DNA of 64,000 nucleotides from assembly GCF_006345805.1 (NCBI RefSeq), contig NC_043008.1, positions 17,236,001 through 17,300,000 of the forward strand, in the 5' to 3' direction. Shown piece by piece: positions 24,726 through 38,534 of the stretch (the stretch's first letter is position 1; the number at the start of each line of letters is the position of its first letter). The position numbers were made by a program, and so were the translations under genes. The DNA is from Octopus sinensis. Taxonomy: Eukaryota. A model generated the notes under the pieces. The model was not told the DNA's origin and did no database searches. It saw only the letters and a list, made by a program, of their open reading frames with translations.

Positions 24726-25415
24726 ACATCCTGTATGGTGGATTAAAATACTCATTCATTGTCACCCCATGTTTAGAATAATTTATTAATCATAACTCTG
24801 CGGTTCTTCATTAAAAAACAAAGCGTCCACGGAACAGTTTCAAATTCTACATGAGCGATTAAATGAAACACGTAGGTTTTTTGCACATTGCTAAAGGTAT
24901 TTACCTCAGCATATCTTATAAGCCTATCGTAATATTGTGTCTGTGTCTAGATATAAGAAAGTCGATATGAATAAAACTCAATCTTGGTTACAATCTGAGT
25001 CGAAAGACAGTAAATCGTTAACAACAAATGTTCATTTCTTAATATAAAACAGTGCCAATTTTTTCCCAATATTCAATTACGATTCGCTTATATTTCATAT
25101 AATTGCATTCACAAAACGCTGTAAATGAATTAAAGGATTAAAAATAAAACTATTCACAAAGTAAAATAAATATATTTGATCTCTGGTAAGTTCTAGTTTT
25201 CTACATGATGAATACAAAACTATATTTAGAGACATGCAGACAAAAATTAATGATTAAGGTTATGAAAGTAAGCAAGTCAGTCAACTCAGACAGAATTATC
25301 ACAGATTTACGTCGGAACACGAATATTTTTATATTAAATGTTGTTTTAGGTATTATATTCTGTTCTTTATGATGAATGAGAAAATAATGTGAAAACACCT
25401 GCAAAAACATTTAAA

Positions 25416-25421
25416 TGTGTG

Positions 25422-25468
<47 letters not shown>

Positions 25469-25790
25469 ATGTATATGTATGTATATATATGTATATATAT
25501 TTATATGTATGTATGTATATGTGTATATATTTATATGTATATATTTATATGTATATATATATATATATATGTATATGTATATATATTTATATGTATATAT
25601 ATATATAATATGTATATATGTATATATGTATACATATATTTATATATATATATACACATATAACTATATATATATACATATAACTATATATATATATACA
25701 TATATATATTTTAAACATATACATACATATATACATATATGTGGACATATATGTATGCATGCATTTGTGTGTCTGTGCGTGTGCGTGTAG
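25416..25790. repeat. Degenerate (TA/TG)n low-complexity tract
   Basis: Direct inspection. Confidence 0.95.
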
Positions 25791-27191
25791 TAGGCATTTG
25801 CAGATATAAATGTATGTTTGAGTGTAAACATGAAAAATATAAAACCTTAAACCATCAGAAAAAATGGATGGGATTCATATGCAATTTTTATACATTTTAT
25901 AAATTGTTTATTATGGAAGCGGAGATGAGTAACGGGTAGACTCTTGCAGAGAAATTACGTTGCAGACATATTTAATGTAGTCATTATAAAAAGATTAATA
26001 AAAAGAGGTATTGTAGACACCAACAAGCTTGCTGTGTGGCTATACACACATCATTCAGTTGCAGAAATAAAAGTTACAGGTGTATGAAAAAATAATAATC
26101 CATGTGGTTTTGAATGTTCACTTAGTAGCAGAGACAAGATCATCAACAGGACAACATTAACATTTAGATATAAATCTGAATTTTGCCGATTGGGAAATAC
26201 AAATTGGAAGCTTTTCTACCAATCTTAAGAGGTTTGCTAGAATTATCTCAAATATTTGATCTCTGAATATGAAATACATACAATTCGAAATGGAACAGTA
26301 GTAAATTATGTTAATCTTCCATTCATTAATAAACAGCCAATGCAGAACCTAAATTGTTTTCGACCAACAAAAGTAGGTCTAGGGCTTGACACAGCTCTGG
26401 CATATATCTAAACCAATGTGCTATATAAGGAAAAGCAAGATTTCCTGTACAGTCACGCTCACTAAAGATTTCTGGAGCCATACTCACAGCCAAATTATTC
26501 GTTGTACACTCATAGGTTTTCGAGAATGTGGAAATCACGAGGAAGCATCAAATAATGGCAAGTGGAATGAAGTATAAATTTAAGTGTGCAGAAAGTCCTA
26601 TCCGTTATTAGGAGTGTATGAAATACTCAGTTCTTCAAATAAATAACAAAACATTGACAACACGAAAGATTTGTGAACATTCTCAGAGAATATAGAGTGA
26701 AGTTTTAATAAGGAAAATGTTTTCGATAACATGGCGAACTGAAGAGATAAATTGCTGGTGAAAACTTCCTGATGGAGCTTGTATCTGTACTATGGCCACA
26801 AGCAAGAATTTTTCTGAAACATTTAACACCTCTTTTGACTCTGAATTTGAATCAAGACCATTTTGTCTCATTTTTTCCCTAATATATTCGATTGAGTTTC
26901 TTTAGGTTCCTTGCAGTTGTTCCTTGAAACTGTAATAGTGATAAATCCATCAACAAAATGATTTGATCTTCGTAATCTCTCCTTACAGAGAAACTAAGGT
27001 CTGTATCATCTTCCCCCTCTATTTTGAAAACAAACGTTTAAGTTAATGAGTATCGATCATTGTACCCGAAATTAAAAGTCGTTGCATTAACCAAATCGTT
27101 GCAGTTTTCAACTGTAAAGCGCGCATCCGTTGATAAGTGACGTATTTAAATGAACTGCAATCACTGCATCTCTAGCTCTTTTACATTTCAT

Positions 27192-27744
27192 CTTTTATTT
27201 GTTTCAGACATTAGACTCCCATGCTGGAGCACCATTATGAAGAATTTTACTTAACGAATCGACCCAGTACATATTTTTGAAAGCCTGGTTTTTATCCTGT
27301 TGGTCTCTTTTGCTGAACTGCCGTATTGCCACGTAAACACACTAACACCAGTGGGGGACAAACACAGACACAAGGCCACACAGACACAGACACATATACG
27401 TATGTTTATATAAATATATACGAGCAAAACGCCCCCGTCCAATGAACGCTGCTGAGTTGTCAAACATTTAAACCAGATTTTCTCCAAACAACTTGTCCAA
27501 CCGTCCCATATGCCTCCCCTTTGAGAAACACTGATTTAACCTAAATTTGAGACACAAACAAAATGCGAATTTCGACCGATGTACTTGCGCGTACAAATGC
27601 ACGTTCCCACGGCTTTATCGATTGCATTAACACCTGGAATCGATTTTTGTAATTTTTTCAAGACTTATACACACCCTGATACCTTCGATATCTACGTATC
27701 AAATTTGAGCGCAATCGGATGGAGGATGCCAGAGATCCTAGAAA

Positions 27745-27775
<31 letters not shown>

Positions 27776-27945
27776 TACATACATATGTATATTAGGCGGG
27801 CTTCTTTCAGTTTCCGTTTATCAAATCCACTGAGAAGTCTTTATTAGACGGAAGGTGGATTGGGCAGAACGAGGTGTGACAAGGTGAAACTGAACCCGGA
27901 ACCATGCGGTTAAGATGGAAACTTCTTATCACACAGCCACTTCTG
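27192..27945 (-). mobile_element. Degenerate SINE family B split by about 330 bp of unrelated sequence in its microsatellite
   Basis: 3' half at about 27192-27420. 5' half at about 27795-27945. Confidence 0.6.
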
Positions 27946-28342
27946 TGAAAAAGTAATTACATTACATAGAAAATTTTCCAAATATTTCTATATTATTATC
28001 TTTTTTCTTTTGGAATTATTATGTAAAGCTATTACTTGCATATTCTATCAATCACGCTACGGGAATACTATGAGAAAACATTGTTTAAGATGCACACGCA
28101 CTAGATAAGATATTCTATAGTATGTAATTTTATATTATTTAAAATTGAGGCGCAGCTAGATATCTTGTTCTGTGCTTCAGTGTGATACACAGCATACGTT
28201 TGGAGACAGAGATCTGCTCTTTCAATCTACGAGCTCTAAGCATCGTTACACATTTTTTATTTTTTTTTATTTTTGTTGTTTTGGTTGGATACAAAACTCA
28301 AACATACATATCATTTTCATTTAGTTCACTTGTTGTTCTTCT

Positions 28343-28677
28343 TGATGATGATGATAATGATGATGATAGTGATGGTGGTGCTGCTGCTGCTAACAATGGT
28401 GTTGATGATGGTGATGATGATGATGATGATGATAATGATGATGATGACGATGATGATGATGATGATGATGGTAATGAGGATGATGGGGTAATGATGACGG
28501 TGGTGGGGGTGGGAACGGTAACGATAGTGATGATGATGGTGATGATGATGATGATGATAATGACAATAATGATGGTAATGATGATGATGATGATGGTGAT
28601 GGTGATGGTGATGGTGATGGTGACGATGTTGATGATATATTGATGGTGATTATGGTGATGGTGGTGATGAATATGAC

Positions 28678-28736
<59 letters not shown>

Positions 28737-29067
28737 CGATGATGATGATGATATTGATGGTGATGTTGTTGATGATGGTGATGGTGATGATAATGATGAT
28801 GATGATGATGATGATGATGAAGGTGATGGTGATGGTGACAACGACGACAGTTTTCAAACATGATTACAATGAAAATTAGAATGATGGTGACGTCAATAAG
28901 AATGATGTTAACATTGATGTTGATGATGCTGGTGATGGTGGCAACAAATGACAACGATAATAGTTGCAACAATACAACTAAGCTTACGTTGAAAACGTGA
29001 ATGAAAACGGTGTTAATGATGTTAATGATACTTATGCTAATTATCATAATCATCTTCTTCATCATCG

Positions 29068-29113
<46 letters not shown>
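28343..29113. repeat. Degenerate (GAT/GGT)n array with a terminal inverted (CAT)n tract
   Basis: Direct inspection. Confidence 0.95.
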
Positions 29114-29117
29114 TGTA

Positions 29118-29331
29118 AAGGCGGCGAGGTGGCAGAATCGTTAGCACGCTGGACGTAATGCTTAGCGGTATTTCGCCCTTCGCTACGTTCTGAGTTCAAA
29201 TTCCGCCGAGGTCAACTTTGCTTTTCATCCTTTCGGGGCGATGAATTAATTACCAGTGAAACACTGGGGGACTTCATGTAATCGACACGTCCCCCTCCCT
29301 GCAGATTTCAGGTCTTGTGCTTTAGTAGATT
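29118..29331 (+). mobile_element. SINE family A, full length, type-2 tail running into (ATT)n
   Basis: Same head and core as 5581. Tail gatttcaggtcttgtgctttagtaga. Confidence 0.88.
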
Positions 29332-29332
29332 A

Positions 29333-29374
<42 letters not shown>

Positions 29375-29391
29375 TATTATTATTATTATTA

Positions 29392-29432
<41 letters not shown>

Positions 29433-29448
29433 ATTATTATTATTATTA

Positions 29449-29521
<73 letters not shown>
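29332..29521. repeat. (ATT)n microsatellite
   Basis: Direct inspection. Confidence 0.97.
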
Positions 29522-30040
29522 GTATGAGATGAAAACTCAACTTATTTTCTTGGGTTTGATGGAAACTGTCAGCCGTCCACAACCAGCAGATTAAGGTGAA
29601 TCTTGCTTTACCGATTATGCTTCAAGAACCCTGCGAAGAATTCTTGCAGGTCCAAGTAATGCTGATTTTTGTAGATGTTCTATCTTTACATTTGTAACAA
29701 TCTTTTTCAGCCATATTGGTAGTTGAATGCTGATACTTCCAAGTGCGCCAATTACGATTCGTATCACGTCTGCGTACCTCACTCAACACAACCTTCGTAT
29801 TTTCCACTTCACATTGTCATAGATGACTATTTTCTCTTCTTTCTCTTTGACCCAGTGGTCACCGTGATGTTATGTCAGTTATCATGCATGTTCTTACAAT
29901 TTTTATTCACTCCCAAAAATGTCCGGTTTCAGAAAGTTTTCTGAGGCGTCGTACTGAATCAATGTGTCTCACAGGATTTTGCAATTCTCATTCTCGTTGA
30001 TTCCTTCTGCAGTTTTCTCATACCATGTCTTTGAACTTTG
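29522..30040 (-). mobile_element. 3' end of an R4/Dong-like element: restriction-like endonuclease domain plus 3' UTR
   Basis: WYEK...ENENCKIL*D..IQ.D...KPDI / VKEKEEK / IVIGALGS / LQKSALLGPARILRRVLEA*, then about 100 bp of UTR ending directly in (AAT)n. Confidence 0.85.
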
Positions 30041-30890
30041 TAGGCAGTGACTCTGGGAGACGACGAGAACGAACTGGTTTTTCTGATCCGAATAATTCCC
30101 AGATATACCTGACCTGCCAATGTTACCAGGGAGCGTTACCGGTTCGAGATAAACCCTACAGGCACGGATGTGCTCACAGACGCACTCGTTCGAGGTGCGT
30201 GCCGAGTGACGAAACCGTTCTGCATGTCCCCGTTCAGTGTCCGGGTATTGCTGACTTGTGAGATTATTTTGAACAGCTGCTGTCTTCTATTGGAAGGATC
30301 CGGTTGATGGCCGAGTCTGCAGTGATGATTTCACCGCGACCTTCTCTCAATCGGGCAGGCAAGGCAGTTTTCCTTTGCCTGGTGGCTGTGGCGGAAGCGG
30401 TTGTTTGGTGGACCAGGCTGAAAGGCATGAGGACAGATACATTCCGCTTTGGTAGAGCTCGCATTGACGTTTTCAAGTTTCACTTAAAAAGGAAATTAAG
30501 AGTGGAGAGAAGAGCTCTTCTCGAGTGAGTTTATTGAAATGTGGGTGAAAGTTACGAATATGGCAAGAGTGGATGGTACCTCTTTAAGCGTAGACCTTTG
30601 AATCGGAGAGAAGGAATTGGAGAGGGCATTTGCTCCTGGGGTTTCAGGGAAATCTCGGAGAGTGTGGTTCGTCGATTATCCCTAGAGACGTCCCTGAATC
30701 AACAGGGCCACATTTATATCATCCCTCCCTTTATTTCTACGCTATGTACGCTATGTACGCTATGCATGTACGCTATGCATGTGTCCCTTCTTTTCCAGTG
30801 TATACTTCTTTTTACTTCTTTTTTACTTACTTTTCTTTACCATTTCATTATTACGTTTAAACCCCTACACTTTATGTCTGTCTCTTTCTA
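30041..30890 (+). mobile_element. Tx1/L1-like LINE 3' fragment (C-terminal zinc-knuckle region plus putative 3' UTR)
   Basis: YQGALPVRDKPYRHG...RC...ETVLHVPVQCP..DL* resembles the CCHC/zf-RVT region of Tx1/L1 ORF2. Stops are present. The 3' boundary is uncertain. Confidence 0.7.
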
Positions 30891-31109
30891 AATGTTGTTC
30901 ATTTGATAACAACGGCACTCTTCTTTATTCACTTCTATACTTTCTCGAGGAGTAACCTCAATCCTATAAATATTACCAAAATGAAATAGATTGACAAGTT
31001 TATTTTTGAACCTGTGGAAAACACATGAGATGTCGAGATATTGTTCATTTGATAGTAATGGCACACTTTTTTATTTGCTATTACTATTCAGGTAATAATA
31101 ATAATAATA

Positions 31110-31151
<42 letters not shown>

Positions 31152-31159
31152 CAACAACA

Positions 31160-31306
31160 TCGAAAAATACCTTAGGAATGAGAACCCAGGTTCGAAATTT
31201 CCCCAAGACACCTGAAGAGGGTTGGAAGGTATATCAGCCGAAACGTGTTAACAACAAACAATATGAGGACAAATATCTGTCAAATGTAAACAATGTAAAT
31301 AATGTA
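31160..31306 (+). mobile_element. Short repeat with a disabled hammerhead motif (Penelope-like terminal fragment?)
   Basis: gacac-ctgaaga-g-ggttg...cagcc-gaaac-gtgtt at 31207-31249. Flanked by trinucleotide tracts. Confidence 0.55.
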
Positions 31307-31359
31307 GGATTATTATTATTATTGTTAATGATGATGTTGTTGTTGTTGTTGTTTTTGGT

Positions 31360-31760
31360 AGAAGTTTGGTTTTGAAACACGTAGTTCCGGGTTCAATATC
31401 CCTGCGTGACTCCTTGAGGATATGTTTTCTAATATAGCTCCGAGCCGACTAAATCATTGTGAGTTGATTTAATAACAGAAAGATGGAAATTGAAAGAAAA
31501 GCATCGAAAATGTGTGTGAGTGTATGTTAGTGCGTGTTTGTGTTTGTATTTGTCTCCGACACCTTGAGAAACAGTGTTGAGCTTTTACCTCGTCGTGACT
31601 TAGCAATCCAGCATAACAGCCCAAGAGAGAGAGAGATACAGAGAGAATTTCATGCTTAGAACAATATGTCCTGGAACCGATTCGTTTGATTAAAACTTCC
31701 TATAGCGTTGCCCCAGCATGATCACTCTCCAGTGACTGATAAAATTGAAATATATAACGA
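31360..31760 (+). mobile_element. Highly degenerate SINE family B
   Basis: gttccgggttca...tatagctccgagccgac...ccagcatg...tgactga remnants. Confidence 0.6.
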
Positions 31761-31777
31761 TAAAGGATTTTAATTTA

Positions 31778-32430
31778 AGGTGTCAGCAGGAATATTAGTG
31801 AGTCGGATTAAATGCCGGCGACTTTTCTTTCGGCTATTTACATCCTAACATGAAATACCGCCGAGGTCGACATTGCCTTTTATCCTCTTGGGATCGATAA
31901 AATAGTACCAGTAGTGGTGTCGTTGTTATTGACCAGCCCCACGACTGCCAAATTTCAGATCGAATCTCTACTTATATTAGAAAGGCGTTTTAAGGCAATG
32001 AGCTGGTAGAATCGTTATCGTGTTAGACAAAATGCTTCGCGGCATTTGGTTCGTCCTTAATTTCTGAGTTCAAATTCTGCTGGGGTCGACTTTCCATTTA
32101 ATCCTCTCGGTTGTGATAAAATAATTAGGTTGTCATAAAATAACGAGGGGGAAAATAGAAGTGCTACCTCCGGAGTATATCTGCTAAAAGGTGGGTGATT
32201 ATAGAGAAAATGGCACGTGTCTGTGGGCCTGCTCCAATAATGCACCTGTAGGCTAGTGAATTTGAGAGGTAGAAGGGTGCTCTTTCCAGATGCCCTCGAA
32301 GCGTCGAGTGGTTCAGGATTGGTGAGATACCTGACACATCGACACCAGTTGAACCCTGGGGTCGATGAAATCAGCAATCTCCCACCTGCCAATTTTCAGG
32401 ACTCATACCTTTTGCCATAAGTATTATTAT
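31778..32430 (+). mobile_element. Two degenerate SINE-A copies, the second interrupted at about 32130-32340
   Basis: Cores ccgaggtcgacattgccttttatcc and ctgagttcaaattctgctggggtcgac. Confidence 0.65.
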
Positions 32431-32971
32431 ATAATACAACTTTTTTTTTGGGGGCCACTTTTAAAATTAGTATTAGTAGACACGAAAGCATTGCGCTTTT
32501 TAATGTTTTTCGTTTAGATGGTTCTTCTTCTTCGCGTTGCTGTTGTCCTGGCTCTATTTTAACTGCTCAACTTATCTCTCAAATGACCGCCGATGATATA
32601 TTATTTCATCCTGTTGAGGTCAAAATCGATCGATGAATAGAGTAATGCAAATTGATTGATTTCAACTATTGATTGAAACCTACGAAGCTTCTGATGTAAA
32701 GTAGATTAAAATTAATTAATGCAATGAACACAGTATATAATTAAAGATTATATTAGCTTTCGTATATATATATCGACGCATACATGGATATACACTATCA
32801 CATAGAAATACATACATATATCTATATACATATATAGTTATATACCTTTTTACGTATGTAGAGGCGAATACATATGTCACAGGCGTATACATACATACAT
32901 ACATACCTACATATATACATACATAAAAACATACATACATATATAACCGCAGACACTCTGAAAATCATGTT

Positions 32972-32979
<8 letters not shown>

Positions 32980-33027
<48 letters not shown>

Positions 33028-33161
33028 TATATATATATAAGTATATATATATATAAGTATATATATATATAATATATATATATATACATATATATATATA
33101 TGTATATATATATATAAGTATATATATATATATATATATAAGTATATATATATATATATAA

Positions 33162-33202
<41 letters not shown>

Positions 33203-33229
33203 TATATATATATATATATATATATATAA

Positions 33230-33285
<56 letters not shown>

Positions 33286-33380
33286 ATATATATATATAAA
33301 GTTATAGAAAGGGACGCATTAAACGTACATTACTCGGTCATCTTCACTAAGACTGTTGTTAAACATATATATATAAATAC

Positions 33381-33425
<45 letters not shown>
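32980..33425. repeat. (TA)n array with periodic AAG interruptions, then (TA)n(TG)n
   Basis: Direct inspection. Confidence 0.95.
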
Positions 33426-33430
33426 GCTAT

Positions 33431-33535
33431 AGGCGTAGGAGTGGCTGTGTGGTAAGTAACTTGCTTACGAACCACACGGTTTCGGGTTCAGTCCCATTAC
33501 GTGGAACCTTGGGCAAGTGTCTTCTGCTATAGCTT
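33431..33535 (+). mobile_element. 5' head of SINE family B
   Basis: ggcgtaggagtggctgtgtggtaag...cttgggcaagtgtcttctgctatagc. Confidence 0.88.
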
Positions 33536-33539
33536 CGAT

Positions 33540-34110
33540 CGTCTATGCAGTGTATGCAATGGAAGCCTATTGCATACACTGTCTATCCAGAGCTTAACGA
33601 TTACTTCCAGGACCTCAATGTAGGCAGCAGAGTTAAATCTAAGGCCTTGTGGAAAGAAGTAAGAAGGCAACACATATCCTACATTGCTGACAACCCCTAA
33701 ATCCATGACAGCTGCAGGAAATTTTGTATGCATAACAATTGTATGCATAACACTTCAGAAGGATCTGCACATAACCATCAAATCTACTTCTGTTGGATAT
33801 TTCTAGTTTGTTTAAGAGCCTTTAAGCTCTAACATAGTGATTGAGCTTTCTTCATCATATAAGTTTTATATCTGAGGTCTTCGTGGAGATTTCTCATTGT
33901 TTCTTTTGACACATAGAGATCTTTTGCAGTTGACCTTATGGACTTTCTGGGATTGTAATGCATAGTCTGTTGAACATGATGAGTAAATTCAGGTGTTGTG
34001 ATGATTTCAGAACCTTTAGAATACTTTGTATACATTGGTCCTGGTGATAACTGTCCATCTTCAGTCTCTAATTCCTTGCAAACTTTTGTTACTTTGGACA
34101 AGGCTTCGTG
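33540..34110 (-). mobile_element. Tc1/mariner-superfamily transposase relic (maT/DD37D-like)
   Basis: HTH-like NPRKSIRSTAKDLYVSKETMR..HEDLRYK and catalytic-region TKFPAAVMDLGVVS...FFPQGLRFNSAAYIEVLE..VKLWI. Disrupted and truncated. Confidence 0.75.
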
Positions 34111-36493
34111 ACATTCAATTATAAATAAAAGGCCATTTTATGGGATTACCTTAGGTTTCATGTCCATAAAGGGCTTAGATTTATGGCTTATCATCAGATC
34201 CCAAATCCTGTTGGCTTAATGCTTCTCTAATTAACCAACGCTACATTGTTCAACATATTCTTATTTTTTTCTTCTAAGGTTGTTGAAGTGTGGTTTTGCT
34301 GGGCGTCATTCATATTCAATAGTTTGTGTAACCGCGTAGATTTTGGTACAATATGAGATTCTCCAGGGAACAGCTATAGAAACGACCAGTAAGTAACAAC
34401 GTATAGGAAGTGGAGATTGTAATGTACTTGAAAGAGAAAGACCTGCTGAGAACGCTATAGAAAGCGAGAGAAATTATGATTTTCAATGAGAGAATATGAC
34501 ACAAAAAAGTGGAGATAGTAGGACCTAACTTAATGCATTTCGTTAGAATATGAAATATCTCAAGGAGTTCAGTGGTGGTGTAATGCATTTGAAATTATTC
34601 TAGAAAGGAGCCTTTATGCACTTGAGCAATCTATCAGGAACAACAGCCCAATACTGACAGAGTATTTAGATATATTGGTTAGAAAAGATTTTGAGCGCTG
34701 TCTCCTATTCCGAAGTGCAAAATTTACATGCTTACTTCCATTTAAGTAGGTTCTTTCCAGACCTCTCCTGTCAATGCTACAGTCACTAGGTCCCAAAGTG
34801 GCTGATACTGTTCCCGAACACGCACACATGGTGGCAGTGAGAAGCAAACTTGTCTTTCTTGTATATGTGAAAATATAGGGTATTATATTTCTTAGAAATT
34901 ATATCTAAGATATATAAACCTACAAGATCATATATGTATTTACATGGTCCCGTAAAGTCACACATTTGTACCGAAAGAAGCAGCTGATTTTGAATTTTCC
35001 ATGCAAGTGGAGTAATTATCGAACAATAAATTTCTGTTCTGTAGCTCTCAGCGAAATATAGAGTGTTTTAAGTCGAAAGCGTTGAAAATCAAGAATATCA
35101 AATTAATTAATTCTAGTGATGTCTTATTGATACACTTATACCAGTTATCGACATCAATAATATTACATTTCAAATGTAGGCTTACAGACTTTACAACAAT
35201 ATTGTTAATAGTGTTTAAAAAATTCTTAGTAACCAGTTTTACTTCCTCAAACTTTTCCTCTATGTTTTAAAATGCTTTTATTCGCACGAACTTCTAAAAA
35301 AGGCAACTAAATCTCCCTCAATTTCGCACTCCATTTTTCATATCTTTTATATTGCATTAAGTTTATAAGCTGTATTTCGTGAGTTGAAAAACAAATTTTT
35401 TACGAATTCCTGATTCCTGGAGATTACTGCCACCACTCATTCTTCGACACTTTCTACTGTGTTGGGAATATATTAGAATACTTTTAAAAAACAAGGACAT
35501 ATTATAAGAGAACAGAGAGTAAGGTGGGTTATGATACTGTAATGCCTCCCAACTGCTTTTGAAGTATATCTGTAATCAGTCCAGCCAGGTAACCAAATCA
35601 CGTTACAGTCTCATTCTGCCATGTCTTATATACACTTAAACTTGGCTCGAAACAGCACAAATAAGTAATCAGTAAATTACGCTGTTTGATTGATTGGGTT
35701 AGTGATATATAGGATAAGTTTCTATGAGGTGTGTTATGTTTATATACGAAAAACTACGGCAGCTGAATACTGATAACTTAGAAGTATGATAAAAATGAAT
35801 TTTAAAAGAAACTTTGGCTGACGGAGTAGTGATTGACTGAAATAAGATAAACAGCTGGACTAAATCTTTTGGTGTAGATTACAAATTACGGCACTTTAAT
35901 CATTATAAATATCAACAGGAAATAGGCATTAGTGCTGTTGATATTGTTGCTATAATTTTAGTGTTGTTCACAGTGGGTGTTGTTAGCAATGTGTCTCAGC
36001 TTCGGCAAAAGGTCATTCGTAGAATTCAGGAAATGTTTATGGTTTGATGTCAAATGAATGAATTGTTTGTACTTGCTCGGACCCTGCGTCGTACACGAAA
36101 TGACAAGTGTCTGATAAATGTTTCAAAATCTTGTTGAAGTTTCTTTTATTTTTTATTTTTTTGTTTTTTCAGAGAATACGTCATTAATGGCACGACAAAA
36201 TAATGTCATATAACACTTTATGCTTCGATTGGTTTCCTACTTGATTTTCATCCAGTTCTTATGTTTATAGATATTAACGATAACGGACCGATTTCTAAAC
36301 TCATAGAAGTGTCGCTCTTATCACACCAGGACAATTAGCCATGAACAATTAAAACTTAATGACCAGACGTATTCAAATCCTGTTTTAACAAGCTGTTTAT
36401 TTGCTGCTCATTTGATGGGGTTTCATGTCCATTTTGTGTTGCATTTCAGTGGGGTCACACGCACTGAGCTTACAACAAAATTTGTTTTAATAA

Positions 36494-36872
36494 GTTTCTT
36501 TATTGGCCACACAGGGCTGCACACAGATGGGACAAGTTACAAGGCAGAGCTTTTCTTTTGAGGGATGAAAAAAACAAAAAACAAAAAGCGAAAAACAAAA
36601 GAAACAAAAAAAGGTGGCGTAGGTTTTCGATCAAAAGGGATCGTAAAAGGGAAAAAAACCAAAAAATAAAAAAAGGAAAAGGAACAAAAGAAAAGAGAAA
36701 TGAAAAAAGAAGAAAAAAGGGGGAAAAGGGGAAGAGGAAAAAAATGATCAATAGGGATCGTGTATCACAGTGTTATGATGTATGGTGTAAAGGGGAAAGC
36801 AAGTAAGGTTTATCCGTGGGAAGAAAAGCCTACGAAAAAGACCACGGTAACCTTGGTCAATATTGTTATATG
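36494..36872 (-). mobile_element. Probable LINE 3' UTR fragment with a pyrimidine-rich interior and AATAAA end
   Basis: Minus-strand end cttgtcccatctgtgtgcagccctgtgtggccaataaagaaa resembles the SINE-A type-1 tail. Confidence 0.5.
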
Positions 36873-38427
36873 TTACCACATTGGCTTGCAAGTGGGTAAC
36901 CCTCTGTTTTCAATTTCTGGGTTCATAGGATTATGCTCAAGGTGGCTACGTCATTCATACGTGCCATCCTTGCTACATGATTACTGACAATCTACTCGTA
37001 CACAATATATTTTCCGGAACCTTTTATTCCAAAGACTCTTCAGATTAATAATTTTTCCGGACCAGGGGTGGGCACCGACTAATTGATCAAACATTAAATT
37101 CATTCCAATAAGTAAATGAAAAACAGGCAACAGTACATTAGTATGAATGATACAAGTCCACTGTACTATGCAAGGCACTGTGAAAGATGGACGCTCATAA
37201 TAAAGCATGGTGGTCACGGGAATTTCGAGTAACCTGCCCTTAAATTAGTACGGATTATAAGATGTTCCGGACCATCAGTGTCCGGAAAATCAGTTTTGTA
37301 CATGGACAAGACACCCATTTTTTATCGATTATAAAAATCTCATTCAATATTTGATGGAAAACAACTAGCTTTCAATATTTATACCTACTTATAAACAGTT
37401 TCCAATGATCATATACAATATATTTTGTAAACCTTACTATCATTTGACAAAATATTAGTTATTTTTAATAGATAACACCTCAAAATATAACCGAAAGAGT
37501 CAGCGTGCAAAATCTGCGAATTTATTCAGTTTAATCCCATAATTTAAACTGATATATCCATTTACTTGTTTCAGTCGTTTGAATGCGGCCATACTGGAGC
37601 ACCGACTTTAAACGATACAGTATCATTTGTGTGTAGAAGTACTAATGTTCACACCCGCCTGCGCCTCACACTCACACACACACACACACACAATTCACAC
37701 ACAGAAAAACACACATAGAAACACACACACACACACACACACATATACAAAGACACCCAACTACAGTATTTTGGTGCAAGCATTATCTCCAATACATTTC
37801 TGGCGAATGTATTCAAATGAGAGGTCAAATAAAACTAGTGAATACACGAAGTTAATCACTTGGAAATTGTACACCTCAGTCTTCCAATTTTTTTTTATAT
37901 GGAGTCATGCTTCGTTCATATCAGTGCGTCGAAACTGAAACAGTTACATCTGAGATCTACCTCAGCTAATGGAAAACACACAAGAACAGTTAAATTCAAT
38001 TTCCATTTCTTTCTCGAGATGTTGTCAAAATTTTCTTTACGCCACTGTATTAGTGATAAAGCTGTAGTTTTGCGAGAGAAAAAAAAATTATGACATCACA
38101 ACATATAAATGAAAAGTTAATTGAACAGATAGTTTGTATGATTTTTAGATGCCTCTTCCACGATGTAATTACAATATTCGTGTAATCTTATGAGAAGATT
38201 TAACCCTTTTAGTCTTGTCTAACAAAATTTACGTAACAAAAAACATCACCAGAAACGAAAATAATAATAATAAAATTAACTAAAGAAGGAAAACTGAAAA
38301 AAAAACTTCCATTGATAAGAGAGACAGATGTAACTGTTTCTTCAAAGCCTACTTTAGAAGATGAAAGTAGCAAAAGTCACAAAAATATTATAGACTAAAC
38401 ATTCATTTCCTTTCTACTATAAAAAAG

Positions 38428-38463
<36 letters not shown>

Positions 38464-38534
38464 CTGCAACATCAGAATTTTTGTTTAGATAGTACACAGC
38501 ACTCTATCTGTTAATGTCATGTACAGAGAATTGA

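Noticed and set aside
26000-26870. Possible highly decayed hAT transposase (KILA...SSIRKFSPA on the minus strand)
   Set aside because: The motif similarity is too weak to support without an HMM search.
36999-37300. Possible pogo/Tigger-like MITE (attttccgga motifs inverted at both ends)
   Set aside because: The terminal match is short and mismatched, with no second copy in the window.
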